This document shows, one piece after another, positions 11,960 to 24,904 of a DNA stretch of 64,000 bases; the first letter of the stretch is position 1; each line of letters opens with the position of its first letter. The position numbers and the translations under genes are program-made. Source of the DNA: Hemiscyllium ocellatum (Eukaryota); the NCBI RefSeq assembly GCF_020745735.1, contig NC_083409.1, forward strand, positions 7,057,534-7,121,533. The letters run 5' to 3'. Under the pieces are notes generated by a model. It did not search any database, was not told where the DNA came from, and worked only from the letters and a program-made list of their open reading frames with translations.

Positions 11960-13070
11960 ATCAGAATTAGGGGTCTTTGCTGATTTTCCTTCATGTGAAT
12001 TATTTCAATTTGATTGTAGGAAGGTTGGCCTGGAAGTTTGCAAATGATTGAAAATTTGAAGGTATGGATAGCCTTAGATTATAGAAGGATAGAGACGAAC
12101 TGGTCAGATGGGCTGATTAATGTCAAATTGAATTTAATCCAGATAACTGTGATGTTCTGCACTTGGGCAGGACACACAATGTAGATGTATGCATGATGGA
12201 CAGTGGGACCCTGGGGAGCACCCAGGATCAGAGGGGCCTTTTGTGCATGTGCACTGGTCCTTTAAGGTTTCAGGATAGTTGGATACAATGGTTAAGAAGG
12301 CAGATGGGAACATTTCAAAATTTCAAAGGCATCTGGACAACGATATGATTGAGAACGTTTTAACGAGAAATGGGCTAAATGCTGTCATAATAGACTAGAT
12401 TTATTTAGGATATCTGATCGGCATGGACGGGTCTGTTTCCTTTCTGTACATCTTTGTGACTTTATGATTTTCCTTTTGTTATAGTTGAGGTGAGGATTTT
12501 AAGGACAGGAAGATTTTTTTGGATCTATATGAAATGTTGGTTCGGCCACAGCTACAGTATTGGTATGCGGTTCTGGAATATGCGTTATCAGTGGGATATG
12601 GTAGCTGTGGAGAGGTTGCATAGGGGATTTACCAGGATGTTATCTGGAGAGTTTCTGTTGTGAAGAGAGATTGGACAGACTGGAGTTGTTTCCCTTAGAC
12701 CAGAGGAGATTGGTGGTGTACATGACTGAGATGTATAAAATCATGAGGTGTATGCATCTTTCCCCTTGATGAAGGGATCAATGACAACGGGGATAGATGT
12801 CAGGTCATGGGCACGAGGTTTAGAGGAGATGGGAGGAAAACCATTTTCACCCAGAGGGTGGTGGTAATCGGGGACTCTCTGCCTGTAAGGGTGAGAGGAA
12901 CAGAAACCCTCACAACATTGAAGTAGTATTCAGATAAGCACTTGGGCTGCCAAGGTATACTAGAAGATGGGTCAAGGACTGGAAAATTAGATTAGTGAGG
13001 TGGTTGTTTTTGACTGGTACAAACATGATGGGTGGAAGGACCTCTTTTTATCTCTGACTCTGTGACACCG
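11960..13070 (+). mobile_element. Degenerate CR1 fragments
   Basis: RT C-terminal and 3' UTR motifs (TTTAATCCAGATAACTGTGATG..., TTTTCACCCAGAGGGTGGTG). Confidence 0.75.
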
Positions 13071-13079
13071 TCACTCACT

Positions 13080-13104
13080 CAGTCTGCTGTCATGTCTCTT
13101 TTCC

Positions 13105-13137
<33 letters not shown>

Positions 13138-14900
13138 GTCTCTCCCCCGTTTCTCTGTCTACCTCTCTCCATTCCACATCCCTCCACCCCCAAGATCTCA
13201 CTCTCTCTATCTTTCTCCCTCCCCATGTTTTGTCATTCGGGTAATATGCTTTTCTTGTCGAAATAACTTCAGATACCAGCATCGTGTTACCAAGTCACGC
13301 TTTATTTACATATTCACAGTAGAAGGATTCTGACCAGCCAGTTCAGATCTAGGCCCGAGAGTGAGGCGACTCTTGTTTATATTTGTCAGCCATGACGCTC
13401 TTCTTTGGTCCAGTTCACAGCCCAAACCAAGGAACTCATACTCAATGAGGTGGATCAGGAAAACCTTGTTGCAATCGCTATATTTATCCTTCCTTCAAAT
13501 TGGTCAATTTCACATTTTTCCCGCATTATTGTCCATTTGTTACATCTTTGTATAGCCTCCTTCAGACCGTGTCACAACTTACTTTCCAAACAACCTTTTT
13601 CTTATTGACAATTTTCTTTCTCATACTTCATCCAAGTCATTGACAGAGACTGGAAAAAGAATTACACCCAGCACTGATCCCTATGGCAATCTCACTTGGT
13701 ATATTCTGACCAACACAAAAAGACCCATTTGTGCGTATTCTCTGTCACGCTTTCTCTCTCTTTACTCCAGATTCTTTGTCAATCTCTCCCACAGCAACCC
13801 TCACACACTTTCTGTCTCTCTCTCCATCTCGATATCTCTGTCTCCATTCCTGACTCTTTCACTCTCTCTCTTTTTCACCTCATTCTCTCTCACTCTTTAT
13901 GTCTCTCTTCATCTTGACCTCTCTCTACTTCTTACTCATCCCATCTCTCTTTCTCTTATTCTTCCTCACTCCCCATCTTTCTCGCTATCTCTAGCAGGCT
14001 CTGTCTCACCACCCCTCTGTATCTATCAGCCTTTCTCTCTCATTCTGTCCCTCATTCTTGTAACTCTTGATGCTTGTCCCTCTGCCTGCTCGCCTCTCTC
14101 TCTCCCACTCTCTCTGTCATTCTCTAACTGATCTCTATACCCCGTCTTACTGCTTGACATTGGAACACCGAGTCCTGGGGCAGCAGTTAAATGCCTCCTT
14201 TCCCTCTGTCTCACTGATAGTTTCCTGCTTACTATTTCCCCCTGTCTCCCTCCGTCTTTCCATCCCTCCTTCTCTCCCGTTTTTTCTGTCTCCATTTCCA
14301 CCTGCTTCCCAGGTGGATATAGTTTAAGGCACAGAAAACCATACTCATCTCTTCGTCACCAATGGATGTGTGTCTTTCACCAATAAACATTTACCTCCTT
14401 CCCATTGGACCCTGCAATAGAGACCAGTTATCATCGACCTCCTTCCTAATGGACTGTCCTGTATTTGAGCTTCAAACCCAACAATCTCTCTACCTCCACA
14501 ACAATGTCTATCTCTGCACGACAGCAGCCCCTTGACCACAGAAACCCTTATTCCTGTTCCTTCCGCCTGCTAACTCCATGATTTCAATGTCCTCACCCAG
14601 CTTCCTCCACCCATTCTCACTTGCTTCACTGCTGACATTTTCACTTTCTCTCCCAATGCAATTCTCCTGCTCTCTCTCCATCTCAATGTCTCTACTTCAG
14701 ACTCCCTCACTCCGTATCTCTCACATTTCTGACCCACTCTGTGTCACTCTACCCCGACTCTTCAGAGTCCTTCTCTCTCTCTATGAGCCTCTCTCCCTTG
14801 GCTCTCCCTCATTCCTGTATCTCTATATACTTGGACCTCTGCCCATTCACATCTCTCTCCCATCCAGCCTCCAGGTCCCTTCATTGTCTTACACCACTGA
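13080..14900 (+). repeat. Pyrimidine-rich low-complexity tract including (CT)n at ~13100-13130 and decayed L2-like pieces
   Basis: Directly visible TC-rich composition; mirrored by GA-rich tracts at 38000-38300 and 40600-41400. Confidence 0.75.
13256..13576 (-). mobile_element. Putative solo LTR
   Basis: Termini TGTGACAC...TTCGACA on the minus strand, internal AATAAA, non-low-complexity island inside the TC tract; no convincing TSD. Confidence 0.35.
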
Positions 14901-14939
14901 GACGATGGACTGTTTGTATATTAGTAATGTGTTCAATGC

Positions 14940-17900
14940 TTATGGGAAGCAGGTGTGGTCAGAATTGTTCATAATTCAGATACGTGGATGATTAGGTACC
15001 TTCTGGGGAAGGTGGGACCTGGACATGAAGGATGGTTTGCACTTAAACTGGAGAGGCAACAATGTCCTGGATGGGAGATTTGCTCGAACACTTTGCGAGG
15101 GTTTAAACCAGCTATCGAAGGTAGTTATTGAATGCGCAGAAATAGAATGCAGAGTGTCTGTAAAGAAGGATACACAGTTGATGAGTTAATACAGGTCTGT
15201 TTGAATGCAAGGAATAAGAGTGATATACTTAGAGCATGGATCAGTACTTGGAAGTACGATGCTATGGCTATAACAGAGACATGGATTTCACAGGGGCAGG
15301 AATGATTGCTGGTTGTTCTGGGGTTCAGATTTTTTTAGAAAGAACACGGAGGGGTGCAAAAGAGGTGGGGGGTAGCATTGTTAATTAGAGAGTGCACCAC
15401 AGCTGCAGCAAAGCAGGTTATTGGGGAGGGCTTGGGTTGAGCAATCACTTTGTTTGTTGTTTTTGATAGACGCCCAAATGCGAGCAGAGAGATGGAAGAA
15501 CAGATTGGACAGCAGATCTTTGAAAGCTGCAGATGTAACTGAGTTGTTGTTATGGGTGACTTCAACCTCCCCAATATTGATTGGGACCTCCTTAGTGCAG
15601 ATTGTCTGGATGGAGCCGATGTTGTCACGTGTATCGAAGTAGAATTCCTGATGCAATATGCAGATAGGATGATTAGGAGGGAGGCCATATTAGATTTGGT
15701 GCTAGGAATTAGTCAGTTCAGGTGTCACATCTTTTGGTGGGAGAACATTTCAGTGATAGTGACCACAACTGCCTCACCTTTACCATAACCATGGGGAGGG
15801 ATAGGAACAGACCACATGGGAAGATATTAACGGCGGGGTGGGGGGGAAGGGGGGATTTATATTGCTATTAAACAAGAGCTGTAGAGTATTAATTAGGAAC
15901 AATTGTTCTAGGGGACCACCATAACAGAATTGTGGATGCCGTTTGGGAGCACTTGTTGCGAGTGTTGGATAACTTTGTCCCACTGACACAAGAATGGCAA
16001 GGTGAAGGACCCTTAGATGACAAGAGGTGAAGCTTCTTGTCAAGAGGATGAAGGAAGCTTACTTAAGTTTGAGGAAGCAAGAATGGGAACTGAAAAATAA
16101 GAAAGGGAAGATCACCTTATTGGGATTGTATTATAGACCCCCTAATTGTCAGAGAGAAATTGAGAAACAAACTTGTAAGGAGATCTCAGCTATGTGTAAG
16201 AATAATAAGGTAGTTATGGTCAGGGATTTTAACTTTCCAAACATCGACTGCGACTGCCATAGTGTTAAATGTTTAGATGGAGAGGAATTTCTTAAGTGCA
16301 TACTGGACAAGTTTCTGATTCAGTATGTGCATGTACCTACCAGAGAAGGTGCAAAACTTGACCTACTCTTGGGTAATCAGGCAGGGCAGGTAACTGAGGT
16401 GTCAGTGGGGGAGCACTTTGGGGCCAGCGACCATAATTCTATTTGTTTTAAAGTCATGATGGAAAAGGATAGACCAGATCTAAAAGTTAAAGTTCTAAAT
16501 TGGAGAAAGGCCAATTTTGACGGTATTAGGCAAGATCATTCGAAAGCTGATTGGAGGCAGATGTTCACAGGTAAAGGGACGGCTGGAAAATGGGAAGCCT
16601 TCAGAAATGAGATAACAAGAATCCAGAGAAAGTACATTCCTGACAGGTGAACGGGACGGATGGTAGGTATAGGGAATGCTGGATGACTAAAGAAATTGAG
16701 GGTCTGATTAAGAAAAAGAAGGAGGCATATGTCAGCAATAGACAGGATAGATCAAGTGAATCCTTAGAAGAGTATAAAGGAAGTAGGAGTATACTTAAGA
16801 GGGAAATCAGGAGGGCAAAAAGGAGACATGAGATAGCTTTGGCAAATAGAATTAAGGAGAATCCAAGGGGTTTTAACTTATATATTAAGGACAAAAGGGT
16901 AACTAGGGAGAGAATAGGGCCCCTCAAAGATCAGCAAGGCAGCCTTTGTGTGGAGCCACAGAAAATGGGGGAGATAATAAATGAATATTTTGCATCAGTA
17001 TTTATTGTGGAAAAGGATATGGAGGATATAGACTATAGGGAAATATATGGTGACATCTTGCACAATGTCCAAATTACAGAAGAGTAAGTGCTGGATGTCT
17101 TGAAACGGTTAAAGGTGGATAAATCCCCAGGACCTGATCAGTTGTACCCGAGAACTCAGTGTGAAGCTAGATAAGTGATTGCTGGGCCTCTTGCTAAGAT
17201 ATTTGTATCATCTATAGTCACAGGTCAGCTGCTGGAAGACTGGAGGTTGGCAAACGTGATGCCACTGATAAAGAAGGGTGGTAAGGGAAAGCCAGGGAAC
17301 TATAGACTGGTGAGACTGATCTCAGTGGTGGGTAAGTTGTTGGAGGGAATCCTGAGGGACAGGATGTACATGTATTTGGAAAGACAAGGACTGATTAGGG
17401 ATAGTCAACATGGCTTTGTGCGTGGGAAATCATGTCTCACAAACTTGACTGAGTTTTTTGAAGAAGTAACAAAGAAGATTGATTAAGGCAGAGCAGTAGA
17501 TGTGATCTATATGTACTTCAGTAAGGGATTCGACAACGTCCCCCATGGGAGACTGAGTAGCAAGATTAGATCTCATGGAATAAATGGAGAACTAGCCATT
17601 TGGATATAGAACTGACTCAAAGGTAGAAGACAGAGGGTGGTGGTGGAGGGTTGTTTTTCAGACTGGACGCCTGTGACCAGTGGTGTGCCACAAGGATCGG
17701 TGCTGGGTCCTGTATTATTTGGCATTTACATGAACGATTTGGATGCGAACATAAGAGGTACAGTTAGTAAGTTTGCAGATGACACCAAAATTGGAGGTGT
17801 AGTGGACAGCGAAGAGGGTTACCTCAGATTACAACAGGATCTGGACCAGATGGGTCAATGGGCTGAGAAGTGGAAGATGGAGTTTAATTCAGATAAATGC

Positions 17901-20505
17901 GAGGTGCTGCATTTTGGGAACTTATACACTTAATGGTAAGGTCCTAGCGAGTGTTGCTGAACAAAGCGACCTTGGAGTGCAGGGTCATGACTCCTTGAAA
18001 GTGGAGTTGCAGGTAGGTAGGATAGTGAAGAAGGCGTTTGGTATGCTTTCCTTTACTGGTCAGACTATTGAGTAAAGGTGTTGGGACGTCATTAGCGGCA
18101 TTGGTTAGGCATTTGTTGGAATATTGCATGCAATTCTTGTCTCCTTCCTATCGGAAAGATGAAACTTGAAAGGGTTCAGAAAAGATTTACAAGGATGTTG
18201 CCAGGGTTGGAGGATTTGAGCTATAGGGAGAGGCTGAAAGGCTGGGGCTGTTTTCCCTGGAGTGTCGGAGGCTGAGGGATGACCATATAGAGGTTTACAA
18301 AATTATGAGGGGCATGGATAGGATATATAGACAAAGTCTTTTCCCTTGGATCAGAGAGTCCAGAACTAGAGGGCATAGATTTAGGTTGAGAGGGGAAAGA
18401 TATAAAAGAGACCTAAGGGGCAACTTTTTCATGCAGAGGGTGGTATGTGTATGGAATGAGCTGCCAGAGGATGTGGTGGAGGCTGGTAAAATTGCAACAG
18501 AAAAGAGGCATTTGGATGGATATATGAATAGGAAGGGTTTGGAGGGATATGGTCCAGGTGCTTGCAGGTGGGACTAGATTGGGTTGGGATATCAGGTCGG
18601 CGTGGACAGGTTGGACCGAAGGGTCTGTTTCCATGCTATACATCTCTATGACTCTATGACTCTATCTGGCACTGGTTTAGAGGATTACAGAATGACTAGG
18701 AATGAACTCAGAAATGGAGGATGGAGCATGATAAAACCTTGGCGGGAAGGATTAGGGAAAACCCAAAGGCATTCTACATTTACATGATGAATATAAAAAT
18801 GACCAAAGAGAGGGTAGGGCTGATGAGGGGTAAAGGAGGGCACTCATGCCTGGAATTGGAAGAGGTAGGGGAGGCCCGAGTGAGTTTTCTTTTCCTTCAG
18901 TGTTCACGAGAGACAGGCTTTGTTTTAATAGTGAGAAAGCTGTGGGGAAGGTTAATAGGCTTGAACAGATTGATATTAAGAAATTGGATGTGCTGAAATT
19001 TCTGGGAAGCATCAAGATAGATAAATCTCTAGGACCAGACCAGATGTATCTAAGGTTACTACAGATAGCGAGGAATGAGATTGCTGCACCTCTGGCGGTG
19101 TTGTTCCTCTGTTCAAGAAGTGGAATAGGGAAACCCCTGGGAATTAGAAACCAGTCAATCTTTTGTCTGTGGTAAGAAAGGTACTGGTAAGGATTCTGAG
19201 AGATAGGATTTATGACTGGTTGGAAAAACATAGTTTGACTAAAGATAGTCAACATGGCTTTGTGAGGTACAGGTCATGGCTTACAAGCCTTGTTGATTTC
19301 TTTGAGCTATGACGAATCATTTTGATGAAGGTTGAGCAGTGGATGTGGTGTACATGGATTTCAGTAAGGCCTTTAATAAGGTTCTCCACAGTAGACTCAT
19401 TCATAAAGTTAGGAGTTATGGGATACAGGGAAATTTGGTTCTTTGGACACAGAATTGGCTGGCCAAAAGCAGACAGAGAGTGGCAGTGGATTGAATGCAT
19501 TCCACCTGGAGGTCGGTGACCAGTGGTGTTCCACAGGGATCTCTTCTTGGGTCTCTGCTCTTTTTAGTTTTTATAAATGATTTGGATGAAGAAGGGGAAG
19601 AGTGGGCTAGTAAGTTTGATGATGACGCAAAGGCCAGTGGTGTTGTAGACAGTATTGCGGGCTGTTTCAGGCGACAACAAGACATTGACAGGATGTCGAG
19701 CTGGGCTGAGAAGTGGCAGATGGAGTTCAACCTGAATAAATGTGAAGTGATTCTTTTTGGAATTTTGAATTTGAATGCTGAAGACAGGATATTTGGCAGT
19801 GTGGAATAGTGGAATCTTGGGGTTCACGTAGATAGATCCCTCAAAGTTGCCACCCAAGTTGATAGGGTTATTAAGAAGCCATTTGGTGTTTTGGCTTTAA
19901 TTAACAAGGGAATTGAGTTTAAGTGCTGCGAGGTTTTGCTGCAGCTCTGTAAAACCCGGATTGGACGACACTTCGAATATTGTATCCCGTTTTGGTTGCT
20001 TAATTATAACAAGGATGTTGATGCTTTAGAGACAATGCAGAGGACGTTAATCAGAATTCTGTCTGGATTGGAGAGCTTGTTTTATGAAGAGAGGTTAAGT
20101 GAGCTGGGATTTTTCACACTGTAGAGAAAAAGGAAGAAAGGTGACTTCATAGAGGTGTGTAATTTAATCAGAGGCATAGATAGAATAGATAGCCAGAGAT
20201 TTTTCCCCAGGGCAGAAATGGCTATCATGAGGGAACATAATTTACGGTGACTGGAGGAAGGTTTAGGGGAGATGTCAGAGGTAGGTTCTTTATTCGGAGA
20301 GTGGAATGTATGTGGAATACACTTACAGTGGTGGTCGTAGAGTCAGAGACATTAGGGACATTTAAGTGAATGCTGGAGAAGCACAAGAATGGTAGTAAAT
20401 TGAAGGGTGTGTAGGTTAGGTTGACCTTAGATTAAGATAAATGCTCAGCACAGTACCATGGGCTGAAGGGCCTGTACTGGACTGCACTGTTCTAAGTTCC
20501 ATGTT
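14940..20505 (+). mobile_element. Older CR1 element (ORF1 end, EN, RT, 3' end) interrupted by a younger nested CR1
   Basis: EN motifs at 15200-15780 (AITETW, MGDFNLPNIDW); sequence resumes after 18665; RT ORFs 19495 and 19891; 3' end near 20500. Confidence 0.8.
16083..18660 (+). mobile_element. Younger nested CR1 LINE, most of ORF2 (EN+RT), multiply interrupted
   Basis: ORFs 16027 (LGLYYRPPN...DHNSICF), 16647, 17175 (PGNYRLVRLISVVGK), 17637 (VTSGVPQGSVLGP...FADDTK) and 18305; ends in (GACTCTAT)n. Confidence 0.9.
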
Positions 20506-20889
20506 TTATGTTCGATGATCTAAAATGTCAATGGCTTCTACAGGCTCTAGCCTCACACACACACAGTGGGGAAATGGGTGAGGTAGGAATGTACTGTCGC
20601 ATTCCATGGACTGTGCCCCAACCTAAAGTATCCCTCAGGAGGGGACAGGGAATGTTCAGGGTCCTGAGCTCCATTTCCCAGCCCAGGCAGCTTATCTCCC
20701 AATGAATGAATGAGATGCCACTTTGGAGCCCAGTCTCATTCAGTGGCCCCATTCAGTGCAGTCTCATTCTGTGGCCCCAGGTCGATACGAAGGAATTAGT
20801 GATCAAGCTAAAAAGGAAAGATTAGTTGATTAGGGGGAGAGAGTGGGTCAATGGGACTAATTGGATCAGTCACAGGCACGATGAGCTGA

Positions 20890-21170
20890 ATAGCCTCCTC
20901 CTGTGCTGTCAGGTTCCAGGGAGTGCAGACCGTTCACAGTTTTCTCTCGTCTCAGTAACAAACGTCCAGCTGCCCCGAGCTCCTTCTTTCACTTCCTCTC
21001 TTGGTGAAGTTTCATCCTTGCGATCTGACAGTCTTTGCAGTTATTTTTTTACACTGGGGCTTTCTGCTGTGGTCAGAATCTCTAATAATAAGTGTCCAAT
21101 CAGTGACAATCACAGCAACTAAGAGCAGTCAGGACTGAGGAGCCAGGATCATTGTGAAACACATTAGGAA
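20890..21170 (-). promoter_or_regulatory. Conserved non-repeat block, copy 1, with EICE (TTTCACTTCC 20987-20996), E-box CAGCTG and CCAAT
   Basis: Inverted near-identical copy at 33480-33755; motif matches the PU.1/IRF composite consensus GGAAnnGAAA. Confidence 0.5.
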
Positions 21171-21720
21171 GATCAAAGACATCTTCTTCAGCTCCTAGTC
21201 CAAACTCCATCCCTCTCCCTGAGCACAGTCTGCTGCTCAACCAGACTCTTTCCAAGCTTGGCCTCATCTTTGAGGCTACTCTGAGCCCCACATCCTTCAC
21301 ATCACAAAGGTCAGCCACTGAAAATCTCAGCCATGTCATGGGAACTCCAAACATGACCATTCTGGTCTTGTCACAGAATCATAGAGGTTTAGAACGTGGA
21401 AACAGGCCCTTTGGCAAAACCTGTCCATGTCACCCAATTTTCACAATTAATCTAGTCCCATTTGCTCGCATTTGGTCCATATCCCTCCGTACTTATTCCA
21501 TCCATGTAACTGGCCCACATCACTGCCATCGCTCTAGCAAAACTTCAGCACATCCAAACTCTACTGACAGTATCTAAACTTGCACCAAGTCCTATTTCTC
21601 CATCCCCTTTCTGACCTGCAATGGTTTCTAGTCCGACAAAATCTCAATTTTCAAATTCTCATGCTTGTTCTCAAACCCCTCCTTATCCTTCACCCTCTCT
21701 GCCTCTGCGACCTCATCCGA
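21170..21720 (+). mobile_element. L2 LINE RT/3' fragment shared with 33050-33480 (interrupted by a short CR1 3' end)
   Basis: Translates like L2 RT C-terminus (SIPL..H.LLLNQTL..LG.IFE); shared TTTTCAAATTCTCAT. Confidence 0.65.
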
Positions 21721-21729
21721 GCTGCCTCA

Positions 21730-23420
21730 CTCAGTGTGGTCAGCATTTTTGGATAATGACTTTCCATTCATTCATCCAAATTATTGAGAAAAATCATGAA
21801 ATGCTGAGGTCCCAGCACAGAACCCCAAGGACACCACCATTCACATCTTGCTCATTGGAGGACACACATTATTCTTCCAATCTGTCTCCCAACTCCAAAC
21901 TACTTTCTGACCCAAGACAAATGATGTTCTCAAATCCCACATGTTTCCACATTGATGAACGGCATCTCAAACATGGAAGCATAGAAAGTAGGAGCAAAAG
22001 TAGGCCATTCAGCCATTCAAGCCTGCTCTACCATTCTATCTGACTATGGCTGATCATCCAAATCAGACCATGATTCTTGTTTTCTCCCCATACTCTTTGA
22101 TCCCTTTATTCCTAAGAACTATATCAAGCTCCTTTTTGAAAACAGTCAATATTTTGTGTCCAACCACTTTCTGTGACAGAAAATGTCACAGGCTTTCTAT
22201 TCTCTGGACAAACAAATGTCTCCTCACCTCGGTCCTAAATGGCCTTTTCTATTTCCTTGAACTCTAATCCCTGTTTCTGGACTCCCCAGTCATCAGGAAC
22301 ACCCTTCCTGAGTTTATCCTGTCTTGTTCTTTTAGGATTGTATAGGTTTCAATGAAATCTCATCAATCTTTGACATTCCAATGAATATAATACTTACCAA
22401 TCCAGTTTCTCCTCAGATCCAAGTGCTGTCTTCCCTGGAATCAGCCTGGTAAACCTTCGCTGCCCTCCCTCCACAGCCAGAACATCCTTCCTCAGATAAG
22501 GAAATTGAAACTGCACACAACAGAATCATAAAATTACACATTAGAGAAGAGGCCCTTCAGCCCATAAAATCTGTACCAGCCAAACTACACTAAACCTATT
22601 GCAGCCTCACTTTCCAACACAAGACCCACAGCCCAGAAAACTATGACATTTCAAGTGTTCATCCAAGTACATTCTAAAGGCTGTGAGGTTACCCATTTCA
22701 AAAAGCCAACCCAGGCAGTGTGTTCCAGAGCCCCACAACCCTCTGAGTGAAACTTTGCTTCATAAATCCCCTCTGAATCTCCTGCCTTTCATGTTGAATG
22801 TGTGCCAACTTGTTATTGACTGTTCAACTAAGAGAAAAACTGTTTTCTATTCATGTTGTCTATTCCCCTCGTTATCTTTTATCTCTCTGTCATGTCTCCC
22901 CTCAACCTTCTCTGCTCCAAAGCAGGAGATTATCCAGCCTCTCCTCATCGCTGAGATGCTCCATCCGAGGCAACTTCCTGGTCAATCTCCTGTGCACTCC
23001 CTCCAGTACATTCACATCCTTCTTATAGTGTGGTAACCACAACTGCACACAGCACTCCAGCTGTGACCAAAGCAAAAGTCTGTATAGCTCCAACATATCC
23101 ACAATGTTCTATGCCTGAAATGATAAAAGCAAGTGCCCTGTACACCTTCATAACTGTTCTATTGACATGTTATATCTTCTAAAGTTCGTCACCTCACATT
23201 TATCAGAGTTAAATTCCATCCGCCTCTGATCTTCCCACCTGACCAATCCAATTATAACATACTGCCATCTAAAACCTTCTTCTTCGCTGTCAACCGTCCA
23301 GCAATCTTCTTGTCATCTGCAAACTCTGTAATCAACAATCTCATCAACATTTTTTCCAAATATCAAAAAAGGGACTCAACACTGATCCCTGTGGTATCCC
23401 ACTGCACGCTGTACTGGGGT
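21730..23420 (-). mobile_element. CR1 fragments
   Basis: ORF 22902(-) LECCVQLWLPHYKKDVNVLEGVHRRLTR; CR1 3' ends at ~21990 and ~22520. Confidence 0.75.
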
Positions 23421-24162
23421 CACACAGACAACCGTCTGCCTCCACCCTCTTATCTCCTTTCACTGAGCCAATTTTGGATTAACTACTCCTGGTGTGATCT
23501 CACTCAAGCGCTGTACAATTGCAACAGCACATCCTTGCTCATGTACTCAAACCCTGTCACTATAAAAACTAACATACTATTTACCTTCTTCACTGCCTGC
23601 TGCTCCTACAGACTTACTGTCAGTGAGTGATGTACAAGGACGCCCAGATCTTATTGCACCTCTCCATTCCTGAGGAAGGGCATATGCCCGAACTGTCAAC
23701 CCTCCTGCTCCTGATCCGTTGTGCATTTCCAGTGCCACACTTTTTGACTCTTATACCACTTATATGTGACCTTATTGAGGGCCCAACTGGAGCACTGGTT
23801 CCAGTTTCAGTCTCCTTACGTTTAGAAGGATGGATTCACCTTGGAGGGAGCACAACAAAGATTTACGAGACTGATTCCAGGAATCAGGGGATTCTCCGAT
23901 GAGGAGAGTTGGAGTTGATTGGGGCATTATTTCCTGGAGTTTAGTGTAGCAGGCTGGAGGGTGTGAATGGCCTCATGCTGTTTCTATTCCTTCTGTTCTG
24001 ATGATGGTGTTGGTGTGTGTTGATGAGAAATGGGGTTCCTCTGTTGAAACTGCTCCTGATTTAATGATGGAGCTAGAAGCCAGGAGAAGCTGCAGAAGCT
24101 TCCGTTTCTAACCAGAAACTGCCCGCTCTGCCTCTTCGACACAATGTGCCCAGAACCAACAC

Positions 24163-24316
24163 CCAGTGCAGTCTCCAGCCAGTGTCCCATTCATCCAGTA
24201 CAGTCTCCAGCTCGAGAACCATTCATCCAGTGCAGTCTCCAGCCAGAGAAACATTCATCCAGTGCCGTCTCCAGCCGGTGTCCCATTCATCCAGTTCAGT
24301 GTCCAGCCAGTGCACC
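24163..24316 (+). repeat. 32-bp minisatellite (CCAGTGCAGTCTCCAGCCAGTGTCCCATTCAT), about 5 units
   Basis: Directly visible. Confidence 0.9.
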
Positions 24317-24539
24317 AATTCAACTCAGATACACATGTCCTTTAACACCACTACACTCAGAACTCTATCTCTCTCTCTCTTTTTCTCGGTGTGTTGCTCT
24401 CTGAGTTACATCCTACCCTCCAGTTGAACTGCTGGGTGTCCGATTTGAGCCAATTCCAGTGAATCCCATGAAGAATAATGACAGGTTATTCGGACTGGAC
24501 ATTTGATGATGTAAATGTGAACCATTGCAGAAAATACAT

Positions 24540-24670
24540 TACAGAAGAAGGGCTCATGCCCGAAACGTTGATTCTCCTGCTCCTTGGATGCTGCCTGACC
24601 TGCTGCGCTTTTCCAGCAAAACATTTTCAGCTCTGATCTCCAGAATCTGCAGTCCTCATTTTCTCCTAGA
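24540..24670 (+). mobile_element. Short Penelope pLTR-derived element with degenerate hammerhead core (similar copy at 23663-23745)
   Basis: CAGAAGA-AGGGCTCATGCCC-GAAACG...GGATGCTGCCTGACCTGCTGCGCTTTTCCAGCA matches the 3' end of the PLE at 36650-36747. Confidence 0.7.
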
Positions 24671-24904
24671 TGAGAAAGTGCAGTAGCAAAGCCCGTACCG
24701 GAGCATTATGTCAATCAACACAGAACCAATGAAAGCTTCAGTAAAAACGATTATTAATGTGATTTTCAAGGATGTGTCATTATTCTAGTTACAAACGTCT
24801 TTCCCAACGAAGGTCCATCCTGTTGAATATTAGATACAGCTGGGATATGCAGAAATGTTGGACAGATGGAGTGTAATGTGGGGTAGTGTGACATTCTTCA
24901 TTTT

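Noticed and set aside
13640-14990. Long hydrophobic Ser/Leu-rich ORFs (13640-14131, 14578-14991, 40565-41290)
   Set aside because: Low-complexity TC/GA tracts; one spans the N gap
16027-18577. CR1 ORF2 as an active LINE
   Set aside because: Split into at least six ORFs by stops and frameshifts, and 5'-truncated
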